Shown: positions 1 to 9,924 of the stretch, piece after piece
Position numbering within the stretch: the first letter of the stretch is position 1
Layout of the letters: the number at the start of each line of letters is the position of its first letter
Source of the DNA: Prochlorococcus sp. AG-436-C13
GTDB lineage: Bacteria; Cyanobacteriota; Cyanobacteriia; PCC-6307; Cyanobiaceae
Assembly (NCBI GenBank): GCA_003212695.1
Contig: QCPC01000003.1
Coordinates: 1,141-65,140 of the forward strand
Direction: 5' to 3'
Length of the DNA: 64,000 bases
The notes under the pieces: generated by a model
Databases searched by the model: none
What the model was told of the DNA's origin: nothing
Seen by the model: only the letters and a program-made list of their open reading frames with translations
Made by a program: the position numbers and the translations under genes

Positions 1-167
1 GTCAAGCGATTCAGGGATGAATCTTTCCTTATAAAATATTCTTCAATCAATATCTGACAAATTGAACTGCAATTTAGTGATTTTTTATACATAGAAAAGA
101 AAATTAAAATCTTTAATTTGATCAATGATCTGAAATGATCTACTCACCTTTTTCATATATTTGAACA

Positions 168-1235
168 ATGACTCTTAACTATTACAAAGAAGAATTAAAA
201 AATACGGCTGCATCTCTTGCAAAGGCAGGTAAAGGAATCCTCGCTGTAGATGAATCTACAAAGACAATTGGCAAACGACTTGCATCTATAAATGTTGAAA
301 ATACAGAAGAAAATAGGAAAGCATATAGAGGCTTACTTTTTACAACTAAAGGTCTTGGTGAATATATAAGTGGTGCAATTCTTTTTGAAGAAACTCTCTT
401 TCAAAATCATACTGATGGAGAATCAATGGTAAAAAAACTTGAAAAACTAGGAGTTATTCCCGGAATAAAAGTAGATAAAGGCTTAAGACCATTATCAGGA
501 GGCAACGATGTTGAAACATTTTGTTCAGGTTTAGATGGACTTGTTGAGAGGGCATCTGACTATTATTCACAAGGAGCACGCTTTGCTAAATGGAGAGCAG
601 TTTTACAAATAACCGAAGATGGTTGTCCCTCAAAACTATCTATCAAAGAAAATGCTTGGGGGTTAGCTAGATATGCAAGATCTGTTCAAGAATCTGGGTT
701 GGTGCCAATTATTGAGCCTGAAATATTAATGGATGGATCTCATGGAATAAATAAAACTGCAGCGATCCAAGAAGAAGTTATAAAAGAAGTTTATATGGCT
801 TGCCAATTAAATGGTGTCTATTTAGAAGGTTCTCTCTTAAAACCATCAATGACTGTTCAAGGAGCAGACTCCAAAGAGCAAAATGATCCCCAAAAGATTG
901 CAGAAATGACTATAAGGACAATGGAAAGGTCGGTTCCTGCTTCTGTTCCAGGAATTGTTTTTCTATCAGGAGGATTAGGTGAAGAAGCCGCATCCATATA
1001 TCTAAATTTAATGAATAAACAAATAAGGAAAGCTAATTGGAATGTTGGTTTTTCATATGGAAGAGCACTACAACATTCATGCCTAAAGGAATGGAATGGG
1101 AACAATGATTCCGCTGGACAAAAAGCACTTCTAGCAAGAGCACAAGCCAATTCAGAAGCTTCAAAAGGGTGCTATATAGCAGGTTCTCAGCCTTCGTCAG
1201 ATGAAGCTCTATTTGTCGCAGGTTACAAATACTGA
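168..1235 (+). CDS. fda: Class I fructose-bisphosphate aldolase (eukaryote-like)
   Basis: KGILAVDES, GARFAKWRAV, VPIIEPE, LKPSM (Schiff-base Lys), FLSGG and SYGRALQ motifs; C-terminal Tyr. Confidence 0.96.
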   Translation: MTLNYYKEELKNTAASLAKAGKGILAVDESTKTIGKRLASINVENTEENRKAYRGLLFTTKGLGEYISGAILFEETLFQNHTDGESMVKKLEKLGVIPGIKVDKGLRPLSGGNDVETFCSGLDGLVERASDYYSQGARFAKWRAVLQITEDGCPSKLSIKENAWGLARYARSVQESGLVPIIEPEILMDGSHGINKTAAIQEEVIKEVYMACQLNGVYLEGSLLKPSMTVQGADSKEQNDPQKIAEMTIRTMERSVPASVPGIVFLSGGLGEEAASIYLNLMNKQIRKANWNVGFSYGRALQHSCLKEWNGNNDSAGQKALLARAQANSEASKGCYIAGSQPSSDEALFVAGYKY

Positions 1236-1390
1236 TCTTTTTTACATTATAAATAAATAACTTTTACTCAAAAAAGGTATTTTTGTCTCTGAATTACGTG
1301 ACATTTCATACCTTTATCTTCTAAAGTCCTGGTCCGTTTGGTCCTGGATTTTTTTTTCGCCCGGACTTATTTGACATTACTGAGAAACTC

Positions 1391-2464
1391 ATGGCTCTTG
1401 TTCCACTAAGACTCCTCCTTGACCATGCAGCCGAAAATGGCTATGGCATTCCAGCTTTTAATGTAAATAATCTGGAACAAGTTCAGGCAATCATGGAGGC
1501 AGCTTCTGAGACTGACAGTCCAGTAATTCTCCAAGCTTCAAGAGGAGCGCGCAGTTATGCCGGAGAAATTTTCCTAAGGCATCTAATTATTGCTGCAACA
1601 GAAACCTATCCAAATATTCCAGTCGTAATGCATCAAGATCATGGTAATGATCCATCTACATGCTATTCAGCGGCTATTAATGGATTCACATCTGTCATGA
1701 TGGATGGTTCACTAGAAGCTGATGCAAAAACTCCTGCAAGCTACGAATATAACGTTGATGTAACTAAAACTGTAGTAGATTTTGCTCATTCAGTAGGAGT
1801 AAGTGTTGAAGGTGAACTTGGCTGCCTAGGTTCATTAGAGACAGGTAAGGGTGAGGCTGAGGATGGTCATGGGTTTGAAGGTGAATTATCAAAAGATATG
1901 TTGTTAACAGATCCTGCTGAGGCTGCAGATTTTGTAGAAAAAACAAAAGTCGATGCTCTAGCAATAGCAATAGGAACAAGTCATGGTGCTTATAAATTCA
2001 CAAGGAAACCAACTGGTGAAGTTCTTGCAATAAGTAGAATTGCAGAAATACACAAGGCAATTCCAAATACTCATCTTGTTATGCATGGCTCAAGCTCAGT
2101 GCCACAAGAATGGCTTGAGATGATAAACAAATATGGTGGGAAAATCCCTGAAACATATGGAGTACCTGTAGAAGAAATACAAGAAGGAATACGCAATGGG
2201 GTTAGAAAAGTGAATATTGATACAGACAATAGGCTTGCTTTCACAGCTGCAGTAAGAGAAGCTGCCCAAGCCGATCCAACCAACTTTGATCCAAGGCACT
2301 TCAACAAACCAGCACGCAAATACATGAAGCAAGTTTGTCTTGACAGGTATCAACAATTCTGGTGTGCTGGACAAGCAAGTAAAATAAAACAAAAAAGTAT
2401 TAATTACTATGCAGATCTTTATGTAAACGGTTCTCTTGATCCAAAATCTGCAGTTACTGCTTAA
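1391..2464 (+). CDS. cbbA: Class II fructose-bisphosphate aldolase, Calvin-cycle type
   Basis: [15 protein letters not shown] start; [21 protein letters not shown] and KVNIDTD motifs. Confidence 0.98.
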   Translation: MALVPLRLLLDHAAENGYGIPAFNVNNLEQVQAIMEAASETDSPVILQASRGARSYAGEIFLRHLIIAATETYPNIPVVMHQDHGNDPSTCYSAAINGFTSVMMDGSLEADAKTPASYEYNVDVTKTVVDFAHSVGVSVEGELGCLGSLETGKGEAEDGHGFEGELSKDMLLTDPAEAADFVEKTKVDALAIAIGTSHGAYKFTRKPTGEVLAISRIAEIHKAIPNTHLVMHGSSSVPQEWLEMINKYGGKIPETYGVPVEEIQEGIRNGVRKVNIDTDNRLAFTAAVREAAQADPTNFDPRHFNKPARKYMKQVCLDRYQQFWCAGQASKIKQKSINYYADLYVNGSLDPKSAVTA

Positions 2465-2472
2465 TAGTCAAA

Positions 2473-2520
2473 TAATTTAAAGAGAGTAAGTTCAATACAT
2501 AGCTTATTCTCTTTAAATTA
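2473..2520. terminator. Bidirectional terminator-like hairpin between convergent cbbA and purQ
   Basis: TAATTTAAAGAGAGTAAG ... CTTATTCTCTTTAAATTA forms an 18-bp stem with one G-T wobble, lying between the two stop codons. Confidence 0.7.
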
Positions 2521-2523
2521 TAT

Positions 2524-3180
2524 CTATTTTGCTAACAATGCTTGTAAGATAGAACGTCCATCCAATCCACCGAGAACATCATCACATGCTCGTTCTGGAT
2601 GAGGCATCATACCTAAAACATTGCCTTTTTTATTAGTAATACCAGCAATATCATTTAGAGATCCATTTGGATTATTTTTATACCTAATAGCGATAGAATC
2701 ATCATCTTGTAATTTCTTAAGTGTATCTTTATTGCATTGATAACGTCCTTCACCATGAGCTATAGGTAGATAAATATTATCTCCACATTTAACTCCTTCA
2801 AACCATTCAGTTCTTGTACTTGAGACAATTAGAGGAATATTTTCACAAATAAAATGTAATTTTTGATTTCTAGTTAATGCACCAGGCAACAATCCTAGTT
2901 CTGTAAGAATCTGGAAACCATTACATATTCCAAGTACCTTTCCTCCACTATTCACAAAGTCAATCAAAGATGAAAGTATGGGGGCAAAACGAGCAATCGC
3001 ACCACATCTCAAGTAATCACCATAGCTAAAGCCACCTGGTATTACAACTGCATCAAGATCACTTAGATCTGTAGATTCATGCCATAGAAATCTAGTCGGA
3101 ATTCCTAAGCATCCTTCTGTAGCCCACTGGACATCTCTGTCACAGTTAGAACCAGGAAAGACAACAATACCAATGGTCAT
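2524..3180 (-). CDS. purQ: Phosphoribosylformylglycinamidine synthase subunit PurQ
   Basis: [32 protein letters not shown] and MMPHPER motifs. Confidence 0.98.
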   Translation of the reverse strand: MTIGIVVFPGSNCDRDVQWATEGCLGIPTRFLWHESTDLSDLDAVVIPGGFSYGDYLRCGAIARFAPILSSLIDFVNSGGKVLGICNGFQILTELGLLPGALTRNQKLHFICENIPLIVSSTRTEWFEGVKCGDNIYLPIAHGEGRYQCNKDTLKKLQDDDSIAIRYKNNPNGSLNDIAGITNKKGNVLGMMPHPERACDDVLGGLDGRSILQALLAK

Positions 3181-3191
3181 AAACTTAAAAA

Positions 3192-3464
3192 TTAAACATC
3201 AATTGATAAATCGTCAGAGAAGAGTTCTAAGGTCCAATCTTCTATCACTGGATTAGCTAAAAGGCGATCACTAAGAAGTTCAACTTGGCCTTTTGCTTCT
3301 TCTTTTGTACTAGCTTCTATCTCAATATCTATTGATTTACCTATTCTTAATTTTGTAAGGCCCCTTATTCCAAGTTTGATTGCCGCTGATTTAGTTGCTT
3401 CTCCAGCAGGGTCCAAAACAGAAGGTCTTAGACTTACTTGAATGTTAGCTCGAAAATTAGGCAC
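3192..3464 (-). CDS. purS: FGAM synthase subunit PurS
   Basis: [10 protein letters not shown] and LLANPVIE motifs; directly upstream of purQ. Confidence 0.97.
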   Translation of the reverse strand: MPNFRANIQVSLRPSVLDPAGEATKSAAIKLGIRGLTKLRIGKSIDIEIEASTKEEAKGQVELLSDRLLANPVIEDWTLELFSDDLSIDV

Positions 3465-3560
3465 TTTGTATTAGGTAAATTCAGTTGGGAAAAAACTCTA
3501 TTAATTGAATCTAAGAGTTAAAATTAAGGTTAGAGGCTAAGTAAATAATATCAATATACA

Positions 3561-3749
3561 TTAGACAAATTTCTCAAGTTCTTGCTTAATTAAACCTCTA
3601 CCAAAACAGTTTAAACAGGTTTGATAACAATTTGGGTTGCTCTTGGTATAGCCATTCCCCCCACAATGACAACATAAAATTTGTTCAACTATTGCTTTTG
3701 ATTTCAAAGGGATTGCTTCCTTATTTTTTTTTGTTAATGGAGAGCTCAC
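3561..3749 (-). CDS. Small DnaJ-type zinc-finger protein (two CxxCxGxG motifs)
   Basis: CCHCGGNG and CLNCFGRG in a 62 aa ORF with GTG start. Confidence 0.75.
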   Translation of the reverse strand: MSSPLTKKNKEAIPLKSKAIVEQILCCHCGGNGYTKSNPNCYQTCLNCFGRGLIKQELEKFV

Positions 3750-3860
3750 CTAAAAAGTTAGATAGAAGGATTAGAGGAACGGAATGATTCATTCAATATT
3801 AGGTTCGCGGCTTTTGCTAAAATAAACAACTAGAAAGTCATATAAGTTTCTATTAATTTG

Positions 3861-4943
3861 CTAACTAAAGTTTTCTTTAAGCTTTCGTTTAATCTCTTTA
3901 TCAAATCCATCTATAAGACTTAAAACTACAAAATCAATTCCTGCTGCTTCCAATGGCCTCCAGGCATCTTGAGGTGCACTCTCATACCAAGTTGAAAGCC
4001 TAGGGCCAACCATCTGAACTTGAAGAGGTAGAGCTTTCCCAGGGAACCAAAAACGACCTTTTAGCCTAAGTACTTGAAAATCAATTGCCAACTTTTTTAA
4101 AATATTCTCCAATTCTAATTGTTCAAATTTGCCTTCTAAGCGAATCGATGATGAATTTACGGCAAGATGTCTGTGATCATGATCATAGTCATGGTCATGG
4201 TCATGGTCATGGTCATGGTTTTGATAATGATTTAGCAAAAGGACTTCTCCTGGCAAATCATCTCTAAGTCCAAGTACTAATGAAGGATCTATTTGGCCAT
4301 TTGAAATAGGGATAATAGGTGTACCTTTTCGCAATTTGTCTAAGACAACCTTTTTTTGTAGTTCAACTGAATGATCATCTAATAAATCTGTTCGGCTCAA
4401 TAAAACAAGATCTGCACAAGACAGTTGATCAGCAAACAATTCATCAATAGATGTGATGTGATCAATATTTTCATCATCTTTGCGTTGTTTTTCTAATTGT
4501 TCTATATCACCAACAGGACTACCAAGAGATAAAGCTTGAGTATCAACCAAAGTAACTACACCATTAATAAAAACTCGTGACCTTATCTGAGGCCATTCAA
4601 TTGCCTGAAGCAATGGTTTTGGTAAAGCAAGCCCACTGGTCTCTATAACAATGCCATCCAATGACTCTGAACGTAGAAGCAACTTCTCCATCGTAGGAAT
4701 AAAATCATCTTGGACAGTGCAACACAAACAGCCATTATTTAATTCAACTAATCTTCCTTCGATTTCATCATCTGGACAAAATCCACAGCTACGAATCAAA
4801 TCTCCATCTAATCCAACACTTCCAAACTCATTAATCATTACTGCTAAGCGTTGATTACCTTTTGCAAGAAGATGTCTTAAAAGAGTCGTTTTACCTGAGC
4901 CGAGGAAGCCAGTAACTATAGTGACAGGAAGACGAGAGTTCAT
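3861..4943 (-). CDS. cobW: COG0523 GTPase metallochaperone CobW
   Basis: GFLGSGKTT, NEFG, GCLCC and IETSGLA motifs; His/Asp-rich linker; CobW_C domain (LRLKG). Confidence 0.92.
   Translation of the reverse strand: MNSRLPVTIVTGFLGSGKTTLLRHLLAKGNQRLAVMINEFGSVGLDGDLIRSCGFCPDDEIEGRLVELNNGCLCCTVQDDFIPTMEKLLLRSESLDGIVIETSGLALPKPLLQAIEWPQIRSRVFINGVVTLVDTQALSLGSPVGDIEQLEKQRKDDENIDHITSIDELFADQLSCADLVLLSRTDLLDDHSVELQKKVVLDKLRKGTPIIPISNGQIDPSLVLGLRDDLPGEVLLLNHYQNHDHDHDHDHDYDHDHRHLAVNSSSIRLEGKFEQLELENILKKLAIDFQVLRLKGRFWFPGKALPLQVQMVGPRLSTWYESAPQDAWRPLEAAGIDFVVLSLIDGFDKEIKRKLKENFS
4177..4218. repeat. Hexamer microsatellite encoding the HD repeat of CobW
   Basis: TCATGG x5 perfect (4189-4218) preceded by TCATGA and TCATAG. 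Confidence 0.9.
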
Positions 4944-4961
4944 ATATAAATTTATTTATAT

Positions 4962-5492
4962 TCAACAGCCAAGGCTATATGAGGTCGAAACGCCAGTAGA
5001 AGAATTTGTACCAGAGGCCATGGAGCATAACTGTTTTTGTTGAATACGACTCAAGACAGCATCTGTAAAGTCGGTTCCAACAATCAATGCATTTTCAAAA
5101 TTGCTCTCCATTAATAAAGCATTAGTCATGTCAGCATCTGATAAATCAGAATCTTCAAAATCACTTGCATAAGCCAAGGCATCTTTTAAAACAGCCCCAT
5201 GTAAATCAGCTCCGTTCAATTGACTGTTATTAAAAACAGCACCTGTAAGATCAGAATCGCTAAAATTTATTCCCTTTAAATCAAATTTAACGAATTCATA
5301 CCCGCTTAGGTCCTGTGCATGCATATCTTGAGAGATATTTAAATCGTCTTGATTCCTTATTTCAGGAGGTCTTTTAGCCAAACTTGGCTGAACCCCCGAA
5401 AAAAGGTTCAAAATAAAAAATCCAATTACAAAAAAGACCTGAAATCGAGATAAAAAAGAATTACTTTTGTCCATAGAAAGTAAATCGAGCAA
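4962..5492 (-). CDS. Exported pentapeptide-repeat protein
   Basis: Signal-peptide-like N-terminus, ADLxG/A pentapeptide repeats, and the C-terminal LC...T..SLGC typical of cyanobacterial Rfr proteins. Start may be at the second Met. Confidence 0.9.
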   Translation of the reverse strand: MLDLLSMDKSNSFLSRFQVFFVIGFFILNLFSGVQPSLAKRPPEIRNQDDLNISQDMHAQDLSGYEFVKFDLKGINFSDSDLTGAVFNNSQLNGADLHGAVLKDALAYASDFEDSDLSDADMTNALLMESNFENALIVGTDFTDAVLSRIQQKQLCSMASGTNSSTGVSTSYSLGC

Positions 5493-5544
5493 AAAGCTAG
5501 TAATTTATTTATCCACGTTATTGCAAATAAAAGGGAAAAAGCTT

Positions 5545-6162
5545 ATGGCGATGACATTACATGTTGTAATTCCACCACATCCTTTAATAGGACATTGGCT
5601 ATCAATCCTAAGAATAGAATCGACTCCCTCAGCTATTTATGCAACAGCTTTAGAACAATTGGGCAAATGGCTTACATATGAAGCATTAAGAGATTGGCTG
5701 CCACATAGCAAAACAGAAATCAAGACCAGCCAAGCCACTACCGAAGGAACAATTATTGAACAAGGCATCCCGTTATTAATTATCCCGAACATTCCTGGTG
5801 GATTGCAAATGTGGCAAGGAGCCAGAGAAGTACTGCCAAATGCCACTTTATGCCTAGGTGGCGTACCAGGAAAAATCGAACAAAATGCTGGGATCTTAGT
5901 TTTTTGTGACCAAATTGACACTGGTGATCAACTTTTGAAGACACTAAAGGAATTGAAAGACTTTAAAGTTAACTCGCAACGCATTCGTGTAATAACTTCA
6001 TTAGCTTCAAATAATGGGTTAAAAAAAGTTGGAGAATCATTTCCAGAACTAAAAATTTACACGTCTTGTATAGATCCATCCCTATCAGAAAATGGAGAAA
6101 TCATTCCCGGTATAGGAATTCCATCTCATCGACTTAATACAAGAGTTACTAGATCGCATTAG
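5545..6162 (+). CDS. upp: Uracil phosphoribosyltransferase-like protein (degenerate PRPP motif)
   Basis: VVIPPHPLIGHWLSILR, LGKWLTYEA and IDP.L...G.I.PGIG. Start moved to ATG 5545 because the ORF-track start overlaps the divergent gene. Confidence 0.85.
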   Translation: MAMTLHVVIPPHPLIGHWLSILRIESTPSAIYATALEQLGKWLTYEALRDWLPHSKTEIKTSQATTEGTIIEQGIPLLIIPNIPGGLQMWQGAREVLPNATLCLGGVPGKIEQNAGILVFCDQIDTGDQLLKTLKELKDFKVNSQRIRVITSLASNNGLKKVGESFPELKIYTSCIDPSLSENGEIIPGIGIPSHRLNTRVTRSH

Positions 6163-6186
6163 AATTAAATAACGATAAAAATTACT

Positions 6187-6486
6187 ATGGATAAATATCG
6201 CGATTCAACAGGAAGCAGTCTAAGTTCTCTTATAAGTGGGGCGATATTAGGAGCAGCTGGTCTTGCTTGGTGGCTATTCTCAGAAGCAGAAAAAAGACAA
6301 CAAACAAGGAAGCAAAAGGCAATGCTTTATGCTCCACGGATACAAGATGGATCAGAGGCATTTGAAAATATAACCACAAATTCAAATGATCAAAAAAATG
6401 TAAATCTTGAAGAACGTGTAGAAAAGCTAAACGCAGCTATAGCTGATGTAAGAAAACAACTTGAAGAGCTTGGTGAAAACGATTAA
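6187..6486 (+). CDS. Hypothetical protein with N-terminal TM helix and C-terminal coiled coil
   Basis: LISGAILGAAGLAWWL hydrophobic segment; LEERVEKLNAAIADVRKQLEEL; lies between upp and ilvD. Confidence 0.85.
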   Translation: MDKYRDSTGSSLSSLISGAILGAAGLAWWLFSEAEKRQQTRKQKAMLYAPRIQDGSEAFENITTNSNDQKNVNLEERVEKLNAAIADVRKQLEELGEND

Positions 6487-6524
6487 GAAAATTTTCTCTA
6501 AATCAACCTTTATCTACTATATAA

Positions 6525-8198
6525 ATGATTCTTAGATCTAGCGCTATAACTCAAGGTATTCAAAGATCACCAAACAGGGCAATGCTTAGAGCCGTAGGTT
6601 TTTCTGATGGTGATTTTAAAAAACCAATTGTTGGCCTTGCAAATGGATACAGCACAATAACTCCTTGTAATATAGGACTTAATGAATTAGCAAAAAAGGC
6701 AGATAAATCAATAAAAGAAGCTGGGGCGATGCCTCAAATGTTTGGCACCATAACTGTTAGTGATGGCATATCAATGGGAACAGAAGGGATGAAATATTCA
6801 TTGGTTTCTAGAGAAGTAATTGCAGATTCTATTGAAACAGCCTGCAATGCTCAGAGTATGGATGCCGTACTTGCTATAGGCGGCTGTGATAAAAACATGC
6901 CTGGAGCAATGATTGCAATGGCAAGGATGAATATTCCCGCAATTTTTGTATACGGAGGGACAATTAAACCAGGTAAGCTAAATGGTGAAGATTTGACTGT
7001 TGTAAGTGCATTTGAAGCTGTTGGCCAATTAACTAGCGGAAAGATTAGTGAAAAAGAATTAATTGAGGTTGAAAAAAACTGCATCCCAGGAGCCGGTAGT
7101 TGTGGCGGGATGTTTACAGCAAATACAATGTCTGCTGCGATAGAGGCCATGGGACTAAGTCTCCCTCATAGTTCAACAATGGCAGCAGAAGATCAAGAAA
7201 AATTAGAAAGTACTGAACGGAGTGCAAAGGTTCTTATCCAAGCTATAAAAAAACAAATCTGTCCACGTGACTTGCTTACAAGAGAAGCTTTTGAAAATGC
7301 AATAAGTGTTGTTATGGCTGTAGGAGGATCAACCAATGCCGTTCTTCATCTTTTGGCAATTGCTCGTTCAGCAGGAGTGGAACTATCAATTGATGACTTT
7401 GAGAAGATACGCCAGAAAGTTCCAGTTATTTGTGACTTAAAACCTAGTGGTAGATTTGTCACGGTTGATCTCCATAAAGCTGGAGGTATTCCACAAGTAA
7501 TGAAAATTCTTTTAGATGCAGGTTTAATCAATGGCAACTGTCGAACGATTGAAGATAAAACGATTAGTGAAGTACTTGAAGAAATACCATCAGATCCACC
7601 ATCTGAGCAAAAGGTTATTCATCCCATACAATCTCCTGTTTATAAGAAAGGGCATTTAGCCATACTCAAAGGAAATATTGCTATTGAAGGTAGTGTTGCA
7701 AAAATAAGCGGAATAAAAAAACCTGCCTTAACAGGACCTGCAAAAATTTTTGAAAGCGAAGAAGAGTGCCTTAAAGCTATTTTAAATAAAAAAATAGCTC
7801 AAGGTGATGTTGTTGTAATCCGGAATGAAGGACCAGTAGGAGGTCCTGGAATGAGAGAAATGCTTGCACCTACTTCAGCAATAGTAGGTCAAGGACTAGG
7901 TGATAAAGTTGCCTTAATAACTGATGGTCGTTTTAGTGGTGGAACATATGGACTTGTAGTAGGTCATGTCGCTCCTGAGGCCGCTATTGGAGGAAATATT
8001 GCGTTAATAAAAAACGGTGACAGTATAACTGTTGATGCCAACAAGAAACTTATACAATTAAATGTAGCCGAAGACGAACTTACAAGAAGAAGAGAGAATT
8101 GGGTAAAGCCAAAAGCAAAATATACATCAGGAATTCTTGGTAAATATGCTCGCTTAGTTAGCAGTTCAAGTAAAGGTGCCGTAACTGATCAAACTTAA
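6525..8198 (+). CDS. ilvD: Dihydroxy-acid dehydratase
   Basis: [42 protein letters not shown] and TDGRFSG motifs. Confidence 0.98.
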   Translation: MILRSSAITQGIQRSPNRAMLRAVGFSDGDFKKPIVGLANGYSTITPCNIGLNELAKKADKSIKEAGAMPQMFGTITVSDGISMGTEGMKYSLVSREVIADSIETACNAQSMDAVLAIGGCDKNMPGAMIAMARMNIPAIFVYGGTIKPGKLNGEDLTVVSAFEAVGQLTSGKISEKELIEVEKNCIPGAGSCGGMFTANTMSAAIEAMGLSLPHSSTMAAEDQEKLESTERSAKVLIQAIKKQICPRDLLTREAFENAISVVMAVGGSTNAVLHLLAIARSAGVELSIDDFEKIRQKVPVICDLKPSGRFVTVDLHKAGGIPQVMKILLDAGLINGNCRTIEDKTISEVLEEIPSDPPSEQKVIHPIQSPVYKKGHLAILKGNIAIEGSVAKISGIKKPALTGPAKIFESEEECLKAILNKKIAQGDVVVIRNEGPVGGPGMREMLAPTSAIVGQGLGDKVALITDGRFSGGTYGLVVGHVAPEAAIGGNIALIKNGDSITVDANKKLIQLNVAEDELTRRRENWVKPKAKYTSGILGKYARLVSSSSKGAVTDQT

Positions 8199-8208
8199 AA
8201 TAGATTGA

Positions 8209-8607
8209 TTAATCCAAGAAGAAAGACATTCTGAGTTTCCTCGCTAAAGCTTCTAGAGAAGATGATCCATTAGGAGTCTTTATTCTTGAGCCATTTGTTG
8301 AATCCATCCATACAGAATGTTTTCCATGCCAAAGAATTGGTTTATTTGGAAAGGAAAGCCAAGAAAGAGTAATGCTTAGGTCTATACCACTCCGATAAAT
8401 TTCAATTTCCAAATCATTTGCAGGGAAGCGTTTACCTTCTTTAGATCTACATTCAACTATTAAAGTCAAATCAATAGTTTCATCTTCATTGCTAAAATTA
8501 TCCTCAATTGAATTATCAATTACTGAATATCTCCAAGGCTTAAAGCAAGCCTCGCAAGCTTTAGCAACTTCAGATAAAAGATCTTGATTTGAGTTTTTAA
8601 TAGGCAC
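8209..8607 (-). CDS. Conserved picocyanobacterial hypothetical protein
   Basis: 132 aa ORF, co-oriented with and overlapping the upstream gene; no recognised motif. Confidence 0.75.
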   Translation of the reverse strand: MPIKNSNQDLLSEVAKACEACFKPWRYSVIDNSIEDNFSNEDETIDLTLIVECRSKEGKRFPANDLEIEIYRSGIDLSITLSWLSFPNKPILWHGKHSVWMDSTNGSRIKTPNGSSSLEALARKLRMSFFLD

Positions 8608-9148
8608 TGATTGAGCGCAGCAGAATGCTAAAAGGACCAGGTCTAAAACCTGAATTTAATTTTCCGGCAATTCCAAACTTTGAAAAAAGAAGTTGGAACT
8701 GAACTATCGAATTAGAAGCAAATTTTATTGGTAATAAAACAGTTTTTGCACGAATATTAGGCTGAAATTTTTTAAAGGGGATTTTTACTAATGTGGTTCC
8801 TATTTCTTTAGTAGTTAATTCAGCAACCCATTTCACTCCTCCTGAGAATGATTCTGAAAAGCGAGTAAGAGTATCTCCACAAGAGATTGCAAGTTTTAAT
8901 GTTCTACCTTGTCCATCTACTTCAATTTGAATTCCACTAAAAGATGAAAGATCCAACGCAGAAGAAAATAAAGGTGATCGACAGCTAACAAAACCTCCAT
9001 TCTCCTCAATTAAATTGCCCTCTAAATAAAGCCCAACAGATTCAGATTTACATCTCGCTTGGCTTGAACCTCCCATGATAGTGTCATTAATAGTCATCCA
9101 ATTCCGAAACTCTTCAGAACTTGCAATTAATAAATTTTTAGAATTCAT
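8597..9148 (-). CDS. CIA30 (complex I intermediate-associated protein 30) family protein
   Basis: W..INDTIMGGSS, GGFVSCRS and DGQGRT..L motifs. Confidence 0.9.
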   Translation of the reverse strand: MNSKNLLIASSEEFRNWMTINDTIMGGSSQARCKSESVGLYLEGNLIEENGGFVSCRSPLFSSALDLSSFSGIQIEVDGQGRTLKLAISCGDTLTRFSESFSGGVKWVAELTTKEIGTTLVKIPFKKFQPNIRAKTVLLPIKFASNSIVQFQLLFSKFGIAGKLNSGFRPGPFSILLRSISAY

Positions 9149-9202
9149 GTAAACAATAAATAGTTTCCTCTTTAAAAATTAAAGGTTTAGATAAAATTTT
9201 TA

Positions 9203-9916
9203 CTATATCAATTCTGCAGCATCTTCATCAGAAATAATAAGCACCTCAGAATTTGGCATTACCAGCTTTGCAGGGGTTCTCTCATATGATTCATTAGGAT
9301 CCAACAAACGTTTTAAGGCCATCTGCTTAGACTTTCCACTGACTAAAAATATGACCTTGGAAGCCGCGCTTAAAACTTCTCCTGTAAGTGTGATTCTCGC
9401 TTGACCTTTCCCTTCGCCTACAGTTGCAAAAGTATCCTTTACATTTAGAGATGAACTCCAAGGGAACAAAGATGCCGTATGTCCATCTTCTCCTAAACCA
9501 AGGAGTATCAAATCAAAGCAAGGAGGATTGCCAGTACAAATTTGCCCTATTAATTTAGAGAAGTAATTAGCACTTTCAATAGGTGAATCAAGTTCAGTAG
9601 TAGGAACGGGATAAAAACATGCTTCTTTCCCAGGGCCAGAAGAAAGCAAAGTTCTTTTTAGCATTAGAGCATTACTTAATTCATCAGAAGAAGATACCCA
9701 TCTTTCATCACCCAAAACAACATCTACTCGATCCCAAGACAAAGGTTCTTCTCCAAGCAATGAGTACGTCGTACATGGAGTTGAACCACCCGACAGAGCT
9801 AATTTAAATCTATCTTTTGTAGTCAATGAAGTTCTAATTTCATCAATAATCAATTGGCTAGTTAACCGAGACAATTCGTTTGAATCTTTAGCCGTTTGTA
9901 TTTTATAAGCAACCAT
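9203..9916 (-). CDS. pgl: 6-phosphogluconolactonase
   Basis: LSGGSTP, GDERWV, LGLGEDGHTASLFP and RITLT motifs; start set to ATG 9916, just after the gnd stop. Confidence 0.96.
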   Translation of the reverse strand: MVAYKIQTAKDSNELSRLTSQLIIDEIRTSLTTKDRFKLALSGGSTPCTTYSLLGEEPLSWDRVDVVLGDERWVSSSDELSNALMLKRTLLSSGPGKEACFYPVPTTELDSPIESANYFSKLIGQICTGNPPCFDLILLGLGEDGHTASLFPWSSSLNVKDTFATVGEGKGQARITLTGEVLSAASKVIFLVSGKSKQMALKRLLDPNESYERTPAKLVMPNSEVLIISDEDAAELI

Positions 9917-9924
9917 TTCTAATT

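Noticed and set aside
1323-1370. GC-rich patch with GTCCTGG repeats and a T-tract upstream of cbbA
   Set aside because: Pairing is weak and imperfect; cannot be assigned as a riboswitch or terminator.
4085-4267. ORF with HGHGHG repeat
   Set aside because: Antisense read-out of the cobW hexamer repeat.
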